A stretch of 64,000 nucleotides of DNA. It comes from Candidatus Micrarchaeota archaeon (GTDB lineage: Archaea > Iainarchaeota > Iainarchaeia > JAADDC01). Below the pieces are notes generated by a model. That model was not told the origin of the DNA and searched no databases. It saw only the letters and a program-made list of their open reading frames with translations. Shown here piece by piece: positions 1 through 9,083 of the stretch (within the stretch, counting starts at the first letter, position 1; every line of letters begins with the position of its first letter). Where the stretch lies: positions 1-64,000 of the forward strand of contig JALTXX010000016.1 of the NCBI GenBank assembly GCA_027046625.1, in the 5' to 3' direction. Position numbers and translations under genes: made by a program.

Positions 1-1
1 C

Positions 2-1084
2 TATATAATCTTAGAAAGCAGATTAAGATCTGAAAAAATAGTTTTAAGCGATAGCACAGGTATGTTTGCTAACTATGGGCCTTTTAATCCAGGATCGAAA
101 AATAATATTAGCAGTCTAAAGGATAAGCTGGAGAATTATACACAAGGAGAAGGCTATATAAAAAATGCACGAGAGGCCCCTACAGGTGTATGGAAGCTAT
201 TACCATCACTGGAAAGGCAACCGTACTCTACTTTCACACCAAGCATAGAGTTTATACCAGAAAGGTTGCTAGAAAGAGACGATGTAAAACTGGGGCTACT
301 GCTTTACCCAAGGTATGGTTTAGTAAGAGCCATGGGAGGACACGTGTTTGTATATCTTCAGAGCAAGGTTGATACGGTAGATGTTATGAGCAAACTGCGT
401 GAATTGCAGAATACAAAAGTGGTGTATACAACCATAGTTAGAGAAGTTTTGGAGGTTCTACAGAAGTACCCAGATACTATAAAGACCGAAAAATTGTTAC
501 AATACTCCAAAGGCTTGAATGCCATGATAATATACTTAGGCGAAATGGATAAGGATGCTCAAAAGTATAAAGAAGCCAGATATATATTTACCACCCCGAA
601 ACGTGCAGAGGTGTTGCTAAGATCAATAGGGGATAGAAGACTATATGAGATATTAGACAGTAATCTAAATGTGGGTAAAAATAGGTATGTGAATCTGTTT
701 GAAAGGTTCGTGGAGGGAGATGAACTGTTACCTTATATAGTGGCTCATGTTTATGCTTCAAAAGATAGGGTAAATGAGTATCTTATAAAATATGGAAGCT
801 ATGCAGACATTCTATATTATGATTACAATTGGCGTCCGGTACTAGAGAGGGTAAAGATCCAAGGAGACAGAAATTATAGAGCTCAACTATTTAGAAAGGT
901 TGTTAGATACCCCAAAGAGTTAGTTCTAAATACCTTGTTGAGAGAGATAGCAAAAGAGAATGTTGTCCTAAACAAAGAAAGACTATCATCGTTCTTCTTG
1001 GATATATTATCAGATGAGAAAACGTGGAGACAAAAGGTACTCTATACCTTAGCTATGGGAGGTGAAAAAGATGAAGGGAGATAG
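2..1084 (+). CDS. cas8: Type I-B Cascade large subunit Cas8 (Cst1-like), 5'-truncated by window edge
   Basis: Frame is open from position 2; lies directly upstream of cas7/cas5/cas3. Called mainly from position. Confidence 0.65.
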   Translation, partial: YIILESRLRSEKIVLSDSTGMFANYGPFNPGSKNNISSLKDKLENYTQGEGYIKNAREAPTGVWKLLPSLERQPYSTFTPSIEFIPERLLERDDVKLGLLLYPRYGLVRAMGGHVFVYLQSKVDTVDVMSKLRELQNTKVVYTTIVREVLEVLQKYPDTIKTEKLLQYSKGLNAMIIYLGEMDKDAQKYKEARYIFTTPKRAEVLLRSIGDRRLYEILDSNLNVGKNRYVNLFERFVEGDELLPYIVAHVYASKDRVNEYLIKYGSYADILYYDYNWRPVLERVKIQGDRNYRAQLFRKVVRYPKELVLNTLLREIAKENVVLNKERLSSFFLDILSDEKTWRQKVLYTLAMGGEKDEGR

Positions 1085-1349
1085 GACGATAGAGGAACAT
1101 TTCGTGGATGTGATAGCTAGATCTGGAACAGGGGAAAGATACGTATACCAAATACTGAATATGGCAAGAAGCGGTAATGTAGAACGTTTGGAGAATATTA
1201 TACTTAGAATACTGGCGTCAATAAATGATGAAAAGGAGAAAAGGCAGGCAGTAGAGATATTTATGAGGATAAAAGAAAAATACGGCTATGTAAAAGCAGC
1301 TCATCTCGTAGTTGCAGGCATATTAAAGGGAGGTGAGAGAAATGAGTGA
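1071..1349 (+). CDS. Small helical Cascade subunit (Cas11-like)
   Basis: GGAGGTGA SD upstream of ATG 1071; 92-aa helical protein between cas8 and cas7; YQILNMARSGN resembles the Cst1/Cas8b C-terminal domain. Confidence 0.6.
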   Translation: MKGDRTIEEHFVDVIARSGTGERYVYQILNMARSGNVERLENIILRILASINDEKEKRQAVEIFMRIKEKYGYVKAAHLVVAGILKGGERNE

Positions 1350-2424
1350 GAAGCTGCCAAGATTTATTGTGTTGGATATTGTATTTAGGGGAAGCTCCCT
1401 CAACTACAACGAGGGAAGCGGAAACTATCAGGAATTAAAGAAGATAACCTTAGAAGACGGGAAAACCTACACAATGGTTAGTAGGTATGCACTAAGATAC
1501 AGTATGCTTCAGACCATGAAGAAGCTGGGCTATGGTAATGTCATGGTACCTGGAGACAAGCTAACCAAAGATACTGGCAAAAAGGGAGACAAAAATGTGT
1601 GGCAGCCAGACCCAAACCTATTGGAAGATGGTTCAATACTGTTATACCCAGAAACGGACTTATTCGGGTTCTTGATAACAGCAGAGAAGAATATACAGAT
1701 ACAAAGAGAATCTCCTGTCAAGGTAAGTCACGCAGTATCTTTAACACCATTTGAAGGAGACTACCAGTTTGCTGGTAATCATTCCATTGCTAAAAGGGCG
1801 TTGGAGGCTGGCAAGATAGACAAAATGGATATAAACTTGTTTACAAGGGAAGAACATGAAACTTTGTACAAGTATACGGTAGTAATAGATACGGAAGAGA
1901 TAGGGAAATTGGTGTTCTATACAAAAAATAGGGAAAAGATTAAGGAAGGTGTGCATAACGGAGTTACGGTAAAGGTAGAGGAAGAGATTGAAATTCCAAA
2001 GGCTGGAAAACTCTACAAGGTTGTAATAGAGCTCAGTGAAAATATAAAGAAAGAGCACCTAAAAGCTGTGTTGGAAGCAATATTTAACCTTACAAGAGAG
2101 ATAAAGGGAGAACCCCATGATATCTCCCCTAAGCTTGTAGTAGTTTCTTTGTGGGATGGAAACTACAAAACAGTGTACAACAGAATAAGCCTTGAGAGAC
2201 AGTATACCGAAACTGTAGAGACAGAGGAAAAGGAGGAGAATGGGAAGAAGTTATTGGTAAGGAGAGTGAGAATATCAGAAGAGCCAGTAGTGATAATATC
2301 AGCTCCTGTTGAAGAGAAGGGTGATATAACGAAGGAGCTTGTAGAAAATATACTGAATGGCAACTTAGAGAAAGAAACATTCCTGCTGTACAAGGAAAAA
2401 GATGTTAGAGTAGAGATAAGGTGA
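1342..2424 (+). CDS. cas7: Cas7/Cst2/DevR backbone subunit
   Basis: SSLNYNEGSGNYQELKK, SRYALRY, DLFGF, RESPVKVSHAVSL motifs; SD before ATG 1342. Confidence 0.9.
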   Translation: MSEKLPRFIVLDIVFRGSSLNYNEGSGNYQELKKITLEDGKTYTMVSRYALRYSMLQTMKKLGYGNVMVPGDKLTKDTGKKGDKNVWQPDPNLLEDGSILLYPETDLFGFLITAEKNIQIQRESPVKVSHAVSLTPFEGDYQFAGNHSIAKRALEAGKIDKMDINLFTREEHETLYKYTVVIDTEEIGKLVFYTKNREKIKEGVHNGVTVKVEEEIEIPKAGKLYKVVIELSENIKKEHLKAVLEAIFNLTREIKGEPHDISPKLVVVSLWDGNYKTVYNRISLERQYTETVETEEKEENGKKLLVRRVRISEEPVVIISAPVEEKGDITKELVENILNGNLEKETFLLYKEKDVRVEIR

Positions 2425-3311
2425 GGGTGGAAGCAATGGAGGGAGTGGAAAAAATACTAATGGTCAGAGCCTACCAGCCGCAGGCGTCTTATAGAAACCC
2501 GTATACATTCTTCTTTGCTCAGAGCTATCCACTCCCTCCACCATCCACTATAAGAGGTATGCTAGGCAGAGCCACAGGGAGATATTATTATCCGTTTAAA
2601 GAGGTAAAGATAGGAGTAATGGGTAAATACGGTGGTAAGGGTTGGGAGTACACTCAGATGATAAAACTGCTAAGATCCTATCCCGTTCCAGGAGATATAC
2701 TGGTAGATGTGGATATAGGAGGAGGTAATAAGGACATAGGGTTTTTGTTTAACAAGGAGAAGAGGGTACGGCGGCAGCCAGTATACCGAGAGGTTCTCTA
2801 TGATGTAGAGCTGTTACTAGTTATTGGAGGACCCTCTAATATAGTAGAGGAGATAGGCAAAGCTCTCAGAAGGCCAAGACACTCTTTATATCTGGGAAGA
2901 TCGGACGACATACTGATAATTGAGGATGTAAATGTTTTCAAGGTGAAGATGGAAAGAAGATCCCCTGACGTGTATAAGATCTTACCGTATGCTAGGCAGT
3001 ATCTTGGTGACGATTGGGGTATGTACATTAAAAGAAGGGAGGGGGTAGCTAAACCAAACAGCATACAGTATTATCTACCCGTGAGAATAATCTTTATGAA
3101 CGAAAAGAGTGACAAGGAAATGGTAATAGACAGAAGAGGTATGATAATGGCATTGAGGGATAAACTAGGCCAGAAAATAGAAGCAGTGGAGGCCGAATAT
3201 TTAACATCAGGTATTGTGATAAAAGAGAAAAAAGATCCGTTTACAGAGGATGATGTTGGGTTTGTGTTGGAGGGAGAAGAGTGGGAAGTTCCGGAGAGAA
3301 TGCTGATGTGA
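2421..3311 (+). CDS. cas5: Cas5 (Cas5t)
   Basis: ASYRNP...SYPLPPPSTIRGMLG and LYLGRSDD motifs. Confidence 0.9.
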   Translation: MRVEAMEGVEKILMVRAYQPQASYRNPYTFFFAQSYPLPPPSTIRGMLGRATGRYYYPFKEVKIGVMGKYGGKGWEYTQMIKLLRSYPVPGDILVDVDIGGGNKDIGFLFNKEKRVRRQPVYREVLYDVELLLVIGGPSNIVEEIGKALRRPRHSLYLGRSDDILIIEDVNVFKVKMERRSPDVYKILPYARQYLGDDWGMYIKRREGVAKPNSIQYYLPVRIIFMNEKSDKEMVIDRRGMIMALRDKLGQKIEAVEAEYLTSGIVIKEKKDPFTEDDVGFVLEGEEWEVPERMLM

Positions 3312-5650
3312 AATGCCTGAAGAAAGTCTTAGCTAAGCAGGATCCAGAAATAAGTCTGTACGAACATAGTACTGATGTGGTTAATGAGGTAGAAAAGCTT
3401 GGAGTGGATTGGGAAAAGTTAAGCGAGCTTGTACCAAACATAAAAGAGCTTGTAAGATTCTACGCCGCGTCTCATGATGTGGGAAAGGTATGTAAATCAT
3501 TTCAGGAAAGTATTATGGAAGGTAAAAGAACCGATGGATTACGACACGAAGCAGTAAGTGTTTACTTTATATACAAGTTGTTAGAAAGGAATGGTTATGC
3601 TGACAACTTCTCGTTGTTCTATCTTCTTTCAATACCGGTGGCGCTGCATCACTGGAAAATAGGCAGAAAAGAAACAGATGTAAGTGATATGGTTATAAAG
3701 CACTTGTTAGAGGTTATGCTGAATTGGCAAAGATATCATAGAGTAGAGCCTGCTGCGTCGATAATAAATGCAGGGAGAGAATGTGGAGAAGTGTGTGAGG
3801 AAGAAATATTATCGTTTCTCTCAAAATATTTTCCTGACAAACTTGAAATCAACTTTAATGACGAGTTAATGAGGGAGAAGCTTTTTGTGATGCTTGGATT
3901 GCTGAGACGAGCGGATCATATTGCAAGTGCGAGAGAAAGAGGAGATAGTATTGTAGGAGAGCGACTGCTTACAAGAAGGTGGGAAGATATTAAGAAAACA
4001 CTAAAATTCTTCCCAGAGTGGCAGGAATTGCTCCCAAAAGGAGGCAATATCATTCTGATGGCTCCCACGGGATCTGGAAAGACGGAGGCAGCCCTCAGAA
4101 TAACGGATGGTGCAAAAAAGCTATTTTATGTACTCCCACTTAGGGTGGCGTTAAACGACTTATATAAAAGGTTTACAAGCTACTTTGGAGATGAAGCAAT
4201 ACTATTTCATAGTACTTTCTTTACGGAGTATGATAACTTTCCTTGGAAAACATTTGGAGAAACCCCGAATATTGCAACGAATATTACAATGCTAAGAAAC
4301 TTTCCAGATCCTGTAGTTCTTACCACACCCGACCAAATTCTCTTGTCTGGTGCCCTAATTCCAGGATCGGATATACCTCTTAGCCACTTCCCCTATAGTA
4401 GCATAGTTGTTGATGAGATACAGCTGTATAAACCGGAGATGCTAGTGCTCATAAACATTACTATGAAAGTTGCGAAGCAGCTTGGAGCAAATATTACCAT
4501 TATGAGTGCTACTATTCCGGAGTATATAAGGGGGTATCTAGAAGAAACCCTTTCTCTGAGAACGGTAGACGCCTTTGAGAAAGTGGAACTGAGAAGTAAA
4601 CTCCCTAACTTCTTTAGTAGGCATAGGATAGAGGTAAGGAACTCTGCTATAATAACGGATAGGAAAGAGAAAGAAGTTAATGATGAGGTAGTGAAGATCG
4701 TTAAAGAAGCGGTTTCTGACGGTAAGAAGGTGCTTGTGGTGCTAAATAGTGTAGGAAGGGCCATAATAGTATATAACAGATTAAAAGAGGAGATAGGAGA
4801 TAAGGTACTTCTGATACATGGAAGAATACTTGAAAAGGAAAAGAATAGGAGAGTTGAGAAGTTTAGACACATGAAGGGCGTTGTAATGGTAACTACTCAG
4901 GTGTTAGAAGCGTCCATAGATTTAGACGCAGATCTTATGATAACTGATCCAGCTCCTATGGACTCTCTGATCCAGAGATTTGGCAGGGTATATAGAAAGA
5001 GAGAGTATAAAGGAGAAAAACCCAATATTATAGTCTTCTGGGAAGAAAGCGACAGAGACAGCCTCTTAATATATCTAAGAAGTCATAAGAAGGAAAGAAG
5101 TATGGTATCTGAAGTACTTAAGGAGACAAGAGAGCTGTTAATAAAGGAAAAAGGTATATTAGATCCTAGAAGGGAAAAAGAATTGGTAAATAATGCATAT
5201 GGAGTGGTGAAGAGCAGCTTGATGGAGGTCGTTGAGGAGTATGTTAAAATGGTGTTGAGTCTGAAGGAGTATAGCGAGCTAGAGCATGTGGTTAGACAGC
5301 TGTTTAGAGAGGGGATGGGGATACAAGTGGTATGTCCGGCGTGTGCAGAGGGAGATGAGGTGAGGGATGTGGAGAGATTTTTGGCAGCAGAACGATGGAG
5401 AGAGGTATCAGATACATTGGAGGGCAAATTAAGGGTAAAAAGAACGTTAGTGATGAATTCGTTTAATCTATATTTGAACAATAAATACCACAGGGAATGG
5501 TTAGGATACATAAGGCCTCATCTTGGCTATCTAATTTTGGAGTTGGACGGAATGGAGGATTTGCTTCCAATAATAAAGGAGAAAGGTATAGATGGAACAA
5601 GCGTAGATGTACCGGATATCGTAGATAGCCAACTTGATATCATTGTATGA
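3308..5650 (+). CDS. cas3: Cas3 HD nuclease-helicase
   Basis: LAK..H, HDVGK, RHE, HH, ADH; APTGSGKT, DEIQ, SAT, QRFGR; GTG start overlaps the cas5 stop. Confidence 0.95.
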   Translation: MKCLKKVLAKQDPEISLYEHSTDVVNEVEKLGVDWEKLSELVPNIKELVRFYAASHDVGKVCKSFQESIMEGKRTDGLRHEAVSVYFIYKLLERNGYADNFSLFYLLSIPVALHHWKIGRKETDVSDMVIKHLLEVMLNWQRYHRVEPAASIINAGRECGEVCEEEILSFLSKYFPDKLEINFNDELMREKLFVMLGLLRRADHIASARERGDSIVGERLLTRRWEDIKKTLKFFPEWQELLPKGGNIILMAPTGSGKTEAALRITDGAKKLFYVLPLRVALNDLYKRFTSYFGDEAILFHSTFFTEYDNFPWKTFGETPNIATNITMLRNFPDPVVLTTPDQILLSGALIPGSDIPLSHFPYSSIVVDEIQLYKPEMLVLINITMKVAKQLGANITIMSATIPEYIRGYLEETLSLRTVDAFEKVELRSKLPNFFSRHRIEVRNSAIITDRKEKEVNDEVVKIVKEAVSDGKKVLVVLNSVGRAIIVYNRLKEEIGDKVLLIHGRILEKEKNRRVEKFRHMKGVVMVTTQVLEASIDLDADLMITDPAPMDSLIQRFGRVYRKREYKGEKPNIIVFWEESDRDSLLIYLRSHKKERSMVSEVLKETRELLIKEKGILDPRREKELVNNAYGVVKSSLMEVVEEYVKMVLSLKEYSELEHVVRQLFREGMGIQVVCPACAEGDEVRDVERFLAAERWREVSDTLEGKLRVKRTLVMNSFNLYLNNKYHREWLGYIRPHLGYLILELDGMEDLLPIIKEKGIDGTSVDVPDIVDSQLDIIV

Positions 5651-5903
5651 TGAAGGAGGTATCTCCCTTTTCATATCCCAAGATCAACTTTTTAACCTCC
5701 TTTTTGGTTCGAAACGTATATATGATAATGGAATCCCCATCTTTTATAAGTTGTTTTAAGGTTTCCTTAACCAGCAACAATTGTGATGGGGTTAAATCCC
5801 CCTCAAAAACAGAATTCTGCACCCAATGAAGATGTCTACGAAGAAAATTTCTTACTTTATCTATACGAGATACATCTACATCATAAACGATGATTACATA
5901 CAT
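5640..5903 (-). CDS. cas2: Cas2
   Basis: MYVIIVYDV...VQNSVFEG. Confidence 0.95.
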   Translation of the reverse strand: MYVIIVYDVDVSRIDKVRNFLRRHLHWVQNSVFEGDLTPSQLLLVKETLKQLIKDGDSIIIYTFRTKKEVKKLILGYEKGDTSFIIQ

Positions 5904-5904
5904 A

Positions 5905-6864
5905 CTACCACCATATTACGAGGGGTTGGTACTTCTCCATACCTAATAAATGTTTCACGAGCTTTAAAACCTCCAAGTGAATGAGTTTTCTGTAGCTTAC
6001 GTTCTTCCTTAGCTTTCTATGCCTAATTGTGCTTCTTAGTTTTTCCTCCCAATATCTCAAGAAGATAGCCTTCCCTTCATTGTTAAGTAGCACATTTCCT
6101 ATATCCCCCTCAAAGTGATGCTCTTTTAGTATCTTTTTATTTACCAAGTACAAAATTAGCCTATCCACTATAAACGGTTTAAATATCTCAGCAATGTCCA
6201 ACGCCAAGCTAAACCGCCTTTCATAAGGTTCGTGAAGGTACGAAATGCCGGGGTGAAGGGGAGTTCTTCTGATTTGGTTTAGAACCTCTGAATAGAGAAG
6301 GGAATACCCGAAGCTTAATAATGCATTCCCCATATTAGACGGGGGTCTTCTGCTTCTTTCTCTTATGCGAAACTGTTCAGGTAATATGGAGTCCAAGAGA
6401 GAATAATATTTTCTCTTGTATTCCCCCTCGAACCCCATAAGCTCCCTTACATTATCTATACCTTCTATTCTACCAAGATCAGGTTCAAACTCTATATTGT
6501 ATTGTGAGAGTACCCTTTTCACGTTTAGTAAGGCGCCTTCAACGAATCTTTTAGCGAGATACAATCTTTTTTCTCTGTTAATAAAATGCTCCGATTGTCT
6601 TATTACGAGATCTCCGGACACTCTCTTCTCTCTTGGTAGAAAAGATCCTTCGTAGTTTCCATACATATCAAAGAAGTGTACTTCGATCCCTTTATTTCCC
6701 AATAGCAGCAGTATCTGGGACGATATGGATACTGGGGCTAGTAGGTAAATGCTTTCAATCCTCTCTATAGGAAGAGCACGTTTGTTTCCATCTTTGTCTA
6801 TAAAGTAAAGGGTGTGGTGTTTGCGTACAATCTTTCCGGGCTTGGCTATGTAGAGGTTTGGCAT
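5905..6864 (-). CDS. cas1: Cas1 (type I-B)
   Basis: RRPP..NALLSFGY, YLH, SLALDIAEIFKP; ends in WW. Confidence 0.95.
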   Translation of the reverse strand: MPNLYIAKPGKIVRKHHTLYFIDKDGNKRALPIERIESIYLLAPVSISSQILLLLGNKGIEVHFFDMYGNYEGSFLPREKRVSGDLVIRQSEHFINREKRLYLAKRFVEGALLNVKRVLSQYNIEFEPDLGRIEGIDNVRELMGFEGEYKRKYYSLLDSILPEQFRIRERSRRPPSNMGNALLSFGYSLLYSEVLNQIRRTPLHPGISYLHEPYERRFSLALDIAEIFKPFIVDRLILYLVNKKILKEHHFEGDIGNVLLNNEGKAIFLRYWEEKLRSTIRHRKLRKNVSYRKLIHLEVLKLVKHLLGMEKYQPLVIWW

Positions 6865-6868
6865 ATTG

Positions 6869-7360
6869 TCACCCGAAGCACAGTTCTCTGTAAGCGCACT
6901 TTCTGCAATAAGGCTTCTTAATGGGTTTTGGAGGCTTGTCCTGTGAAAGTATTTTTCTTATATCCTGTAAGATCTGCTGAATGTGTTCAGTATCAGATAC
7001 CTTTACAACTTTCTTTGTTGAGGGATAGTGTATGTAACCAATAGTGTCAATGCCCTTGGAGCGTAGCACATAAAGGTAGTACTTTACCTGTGCTATATCC
7101 GCCTCCTCTAATGCATCCGATTTCTTGGTTTCATGTACTTCTAGTATACCACCTTTTCTTACAAAATCCACCTTTATCCTATCTATTAACAGTTCCTTCT
7201 CCTCACCCTTATATCTAATCTCATGAAGTATTCTTCCCATCCTTACAAGCTCTGACTCCTCTTCCATGGTTATGCCGCGCGAGAACAACCATAGTTTTGT
7301 GGGGCACACAACATAATAGTGTACCATCATCCCTGTTATGAGATCTTTATCAGTTAGCAT
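6869..7360 (-). CDS. cas4: Cas4
   Basis: CPTKLWL, D..E.KKS, Q..YY, C-terminal CRKCAYRELC. Confidence 0.95.
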   Translation of the reverse strand: MLTDKDLITGMMVHYYVVCPTKLWLFSRGITMEEESELVRMGRILHEIRYKGEEKELLIDRIKVDFVRKGGILEVHETKKSDALEEADIAQVKYYLYVLRSKGIDTIGYIHYPSTKKVVKVSDTEHIQQILQDIRKILSQDKPPKPIKKPYCRKCAYRELCFG

Positions 7361-7397
7361 ATATGATGTATCGTTATCTACAATCTAAAAACACTAT

Positions 7398-8624
7398 TTA
7401 GACTAGATCCTTCCAGGTGAGAACGCCACCGTCCTTTGCTAGTTTAAAGTTTGTTGCCCTTAGAAAGCTAACAAGGGACGGATGCACGAAGCAACTCGGA
7501 GGTTCCAGCCTAAACACTCCTTTTTCTACAGGAATAAGTGCATGGTATGTGTTAGAGTATGGGAAAGGTTTTCCGTCGGAGATGACAATGTACGGGCCCT
7601 CCATAGCATGCTTAAACTGGTCAAAGGATCCCATAAGCTTGTAGAGTAAGAAGGCGTACTCCACGATATGATTGGGCACATAAAAACCATCTCCTCTTAA
7701 ACCGATAATACTTTTTGCCCATTCATATCCTACAAGCTTGGTATTCCAGAAATTGTGCAGTATTGATGTATTACCAGTTTTTTGAATGTATAATGCTAAT
7801 GGAATTAGGCAAAGATTACAGTAACCCCCAAAAATCTCTCTAAGTTTCTTCAAAAGGCCGTTATCTGTTGTTATGTTCCCTACAACTCTTCTAAGATGCA
7901 TGTCTCTAATCTTTTCAGGAAGGAAAGGATCCTCTGGATGGGAAAGTGCATATTTCAGAAACGTGTTTTCTTCATTTTCTATTACAAAGTAGAATGTATC
8001 TTTGTCTCTTAGAAGATTTAGTAGAGCTATAGCATGGGGGTGTGGAAGGAACTTTCTGATTACACTTTCGGGATGCTCAGAGTGCCATCTTATTGCCCCT
8101 ATAGCTTCCCAAATATGTTTGATCCTGCCCTTAGGATACCAATGGGTATATATATCGACAGCTCTATCTACATCCTTCTCAAAATATTTCCATAGCCACT
8201 CCATAACATTGTCTGGCACGTATTCCGGTCCTAGATCAAGTGCTATCTCCAGCAATGTATTGGGATCTCCAGAGTACTCCACTCCTTTGTTCAGTATTGT
8301 CATAATTCTCTCCTTTTCTATTATATACATACCATCCTCTGCTGCGGACAACGCTGCAGAGTATATCCTTAGCAGATTCCAGAACTCTTTGTGTTTGTAT
8401 GCACCTTTTTCAAATAGCTCCTCAATAACCCAATATAGCCTGTTGTAAGTAAATAGAAGCTCAGCTAACTCCCTAAATACCCTATCTCTATCAACCTCCC
8501 AAACTTCTACTAAGATTCTTGCTTGTTTGCCCGGAGGCAGACATCTTTCCCACTTATAGTATTCTCCTAGGTCTTTGTTTTCTCTTATCCTCTGTACGAT
8601 ATCTCTTACAGATGGCACTTCCAT
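7398..8624 (-). CDS. Hypothetical helical protein (408 aa)
   Basis: Long ORF with a TATA-like element ~29 nt upstream; no family recognised. Confidence 0.7.
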   Translation of the reverse strand: MEVPSVRDIVQRIRENKDLGEYYKWERCLPPGKQARILVEVWEVDRDRVFRELAELLFTYNRLYWVIEELFEKGAYKHKEFWNLLRIYSAALSAAEDGMYIIEKERIMTILNKGVEYSGDPNTLLEIALDLGPEYVPDNVMEWLWKYFEKDVDRAVDIYTHWYPKGRIKHIWEAIGAIRWHSEHPESVIRKFLPHPHAIALLNLLRDKDTFYFVIENEENTFLKYALSHPEDPFLPEKIRDMHLRRVVGNITTDNGLLKKLREIFGGYCNLCLIPLALYIQKTGNTSILHNFWNTKLVGYEWAKSIIGLRGDGFYVPNHIVEYAFLLYKLMGSFDQFKHAMEGPYIVISDGKPFPYSNTYHALIPVEKGVFRLEPPSCFVHPSLVSFLRATNFKLAKDGGVLTWKDLV

Positions 8625-8655
8625 AGTACTTTTGATGTTTTAAAGGATAAAAACA

Positions 8656-8728
8656 TGCGCCGGCCGGGATTCGAACCCGGGTCGTCGGCGTGGAAGGCCG
8701 ACGTCCTACCAGGCTAGACTACCGGCGC
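8656..8728 (-). tRNA. tRNA-Gly(TCC)
   Basis: GCGCCGG acceptor, anticodon loop CT-TCC-AC, GGTTCGAATCC. Confidence 0.95.
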
Positions 8729-8729
8729 A

Positions 8730-8785
8730 TGTGGCCCCGGCCAGAGACACCGGTTCATGGGTCTCCGGGCGTCGCAACCGGGGCC
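8730..8785 (-). ncRNA. Box H/ACA guide RNA with apical K-loop
   Basis: GGCCCCGGU/GCCGGGGCC stem followed directly by ACA; internal pocket; CCGG-AGA-CCCA-UGAA-CCGG K-loop. Confidence 0.85.
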
Positions 8786-8790
8786 TCCCA

Positions 8791-8865
8791 CGGCCCCGAG
8801 GGGATTTGAACCCCTGACCTTCGGCTCCGCAAGCCGACGCCCTATCCAGGCTGGGCCACGGGGCC
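8791..8865 (-). tRNA. tRNA-Arg(GCG)
   Basis: Cloverleaf, anticodon loop TT-GCG-GA. Confidence 0.95.
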
Positions 8866-8868
8866 CTA

Positions 8869-8942
8869 AGCCCCGGGCGGGATTCGAACCCGCGACCTCC
8901 CGCTTACAAGGCGGGCGCTCCGCCGGGCTGAGCTACCGGGGC
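8869..8942 (-). tRNA. tRNA-Thr(TGT)
   Basis: Cloverleaf, CT-TGT-AA, U73. Confidence 0.95.
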
Positions 8943-8951
8943 ATGTTAGGA

Positions 8952-9026
8952 TGCTCCGGCCGGGATTTGAACCCGGGTCACGGGCTCGAAAGGCCCGCAT
9001 GCTTGACCGGACTACACCACCGGAGC
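8952..9026 (-). tRNA. tRNA-Glu(TTC)
   Basis: Cloverleaf, CT-TTC-GA. Confidence 0.95.
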
Positions 9027-9046
9027 CTGCTAAATTAATGAAATGG

Positions 9047-9059
9047 TTAACTTTTATAG
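9047..9059. promoter_or_regulatory. TATA element between the tRNA operon and proS
   Basis: TTAACTTTTATAG ~25-30 nt from both the tRNA-Glu 5' end and the proS ATG. Confidence 0.5.
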
Positions 9060-9083
9060 TGTTGCTGCACCACTAAATACACC

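Noticed and set aside
1-8655. CRISPR array near the cas genes
   Set aside because: No regularly spaced direct repeats and no intergenic room for them. Any array must lie outside the window.
8733-8785. Hairpin read as a tRNA half or terminator, or as pairing with 23S CGUCGU-GAGACA (helix 93)
   Set aside because: No T-loop or U-tract. The helix 93 pairing has the wrong polarity for a pseudouridylation pocket, whereas the U2457 model fits both polarity and the 14-nt rule.
8757-9038. 93-aa ORF over the tRNA cluster (also 15081-15293, 15145-15339, 45338-45529, 56870-57145)
   Set aside because: Shadow ORFs over tRNA genes.
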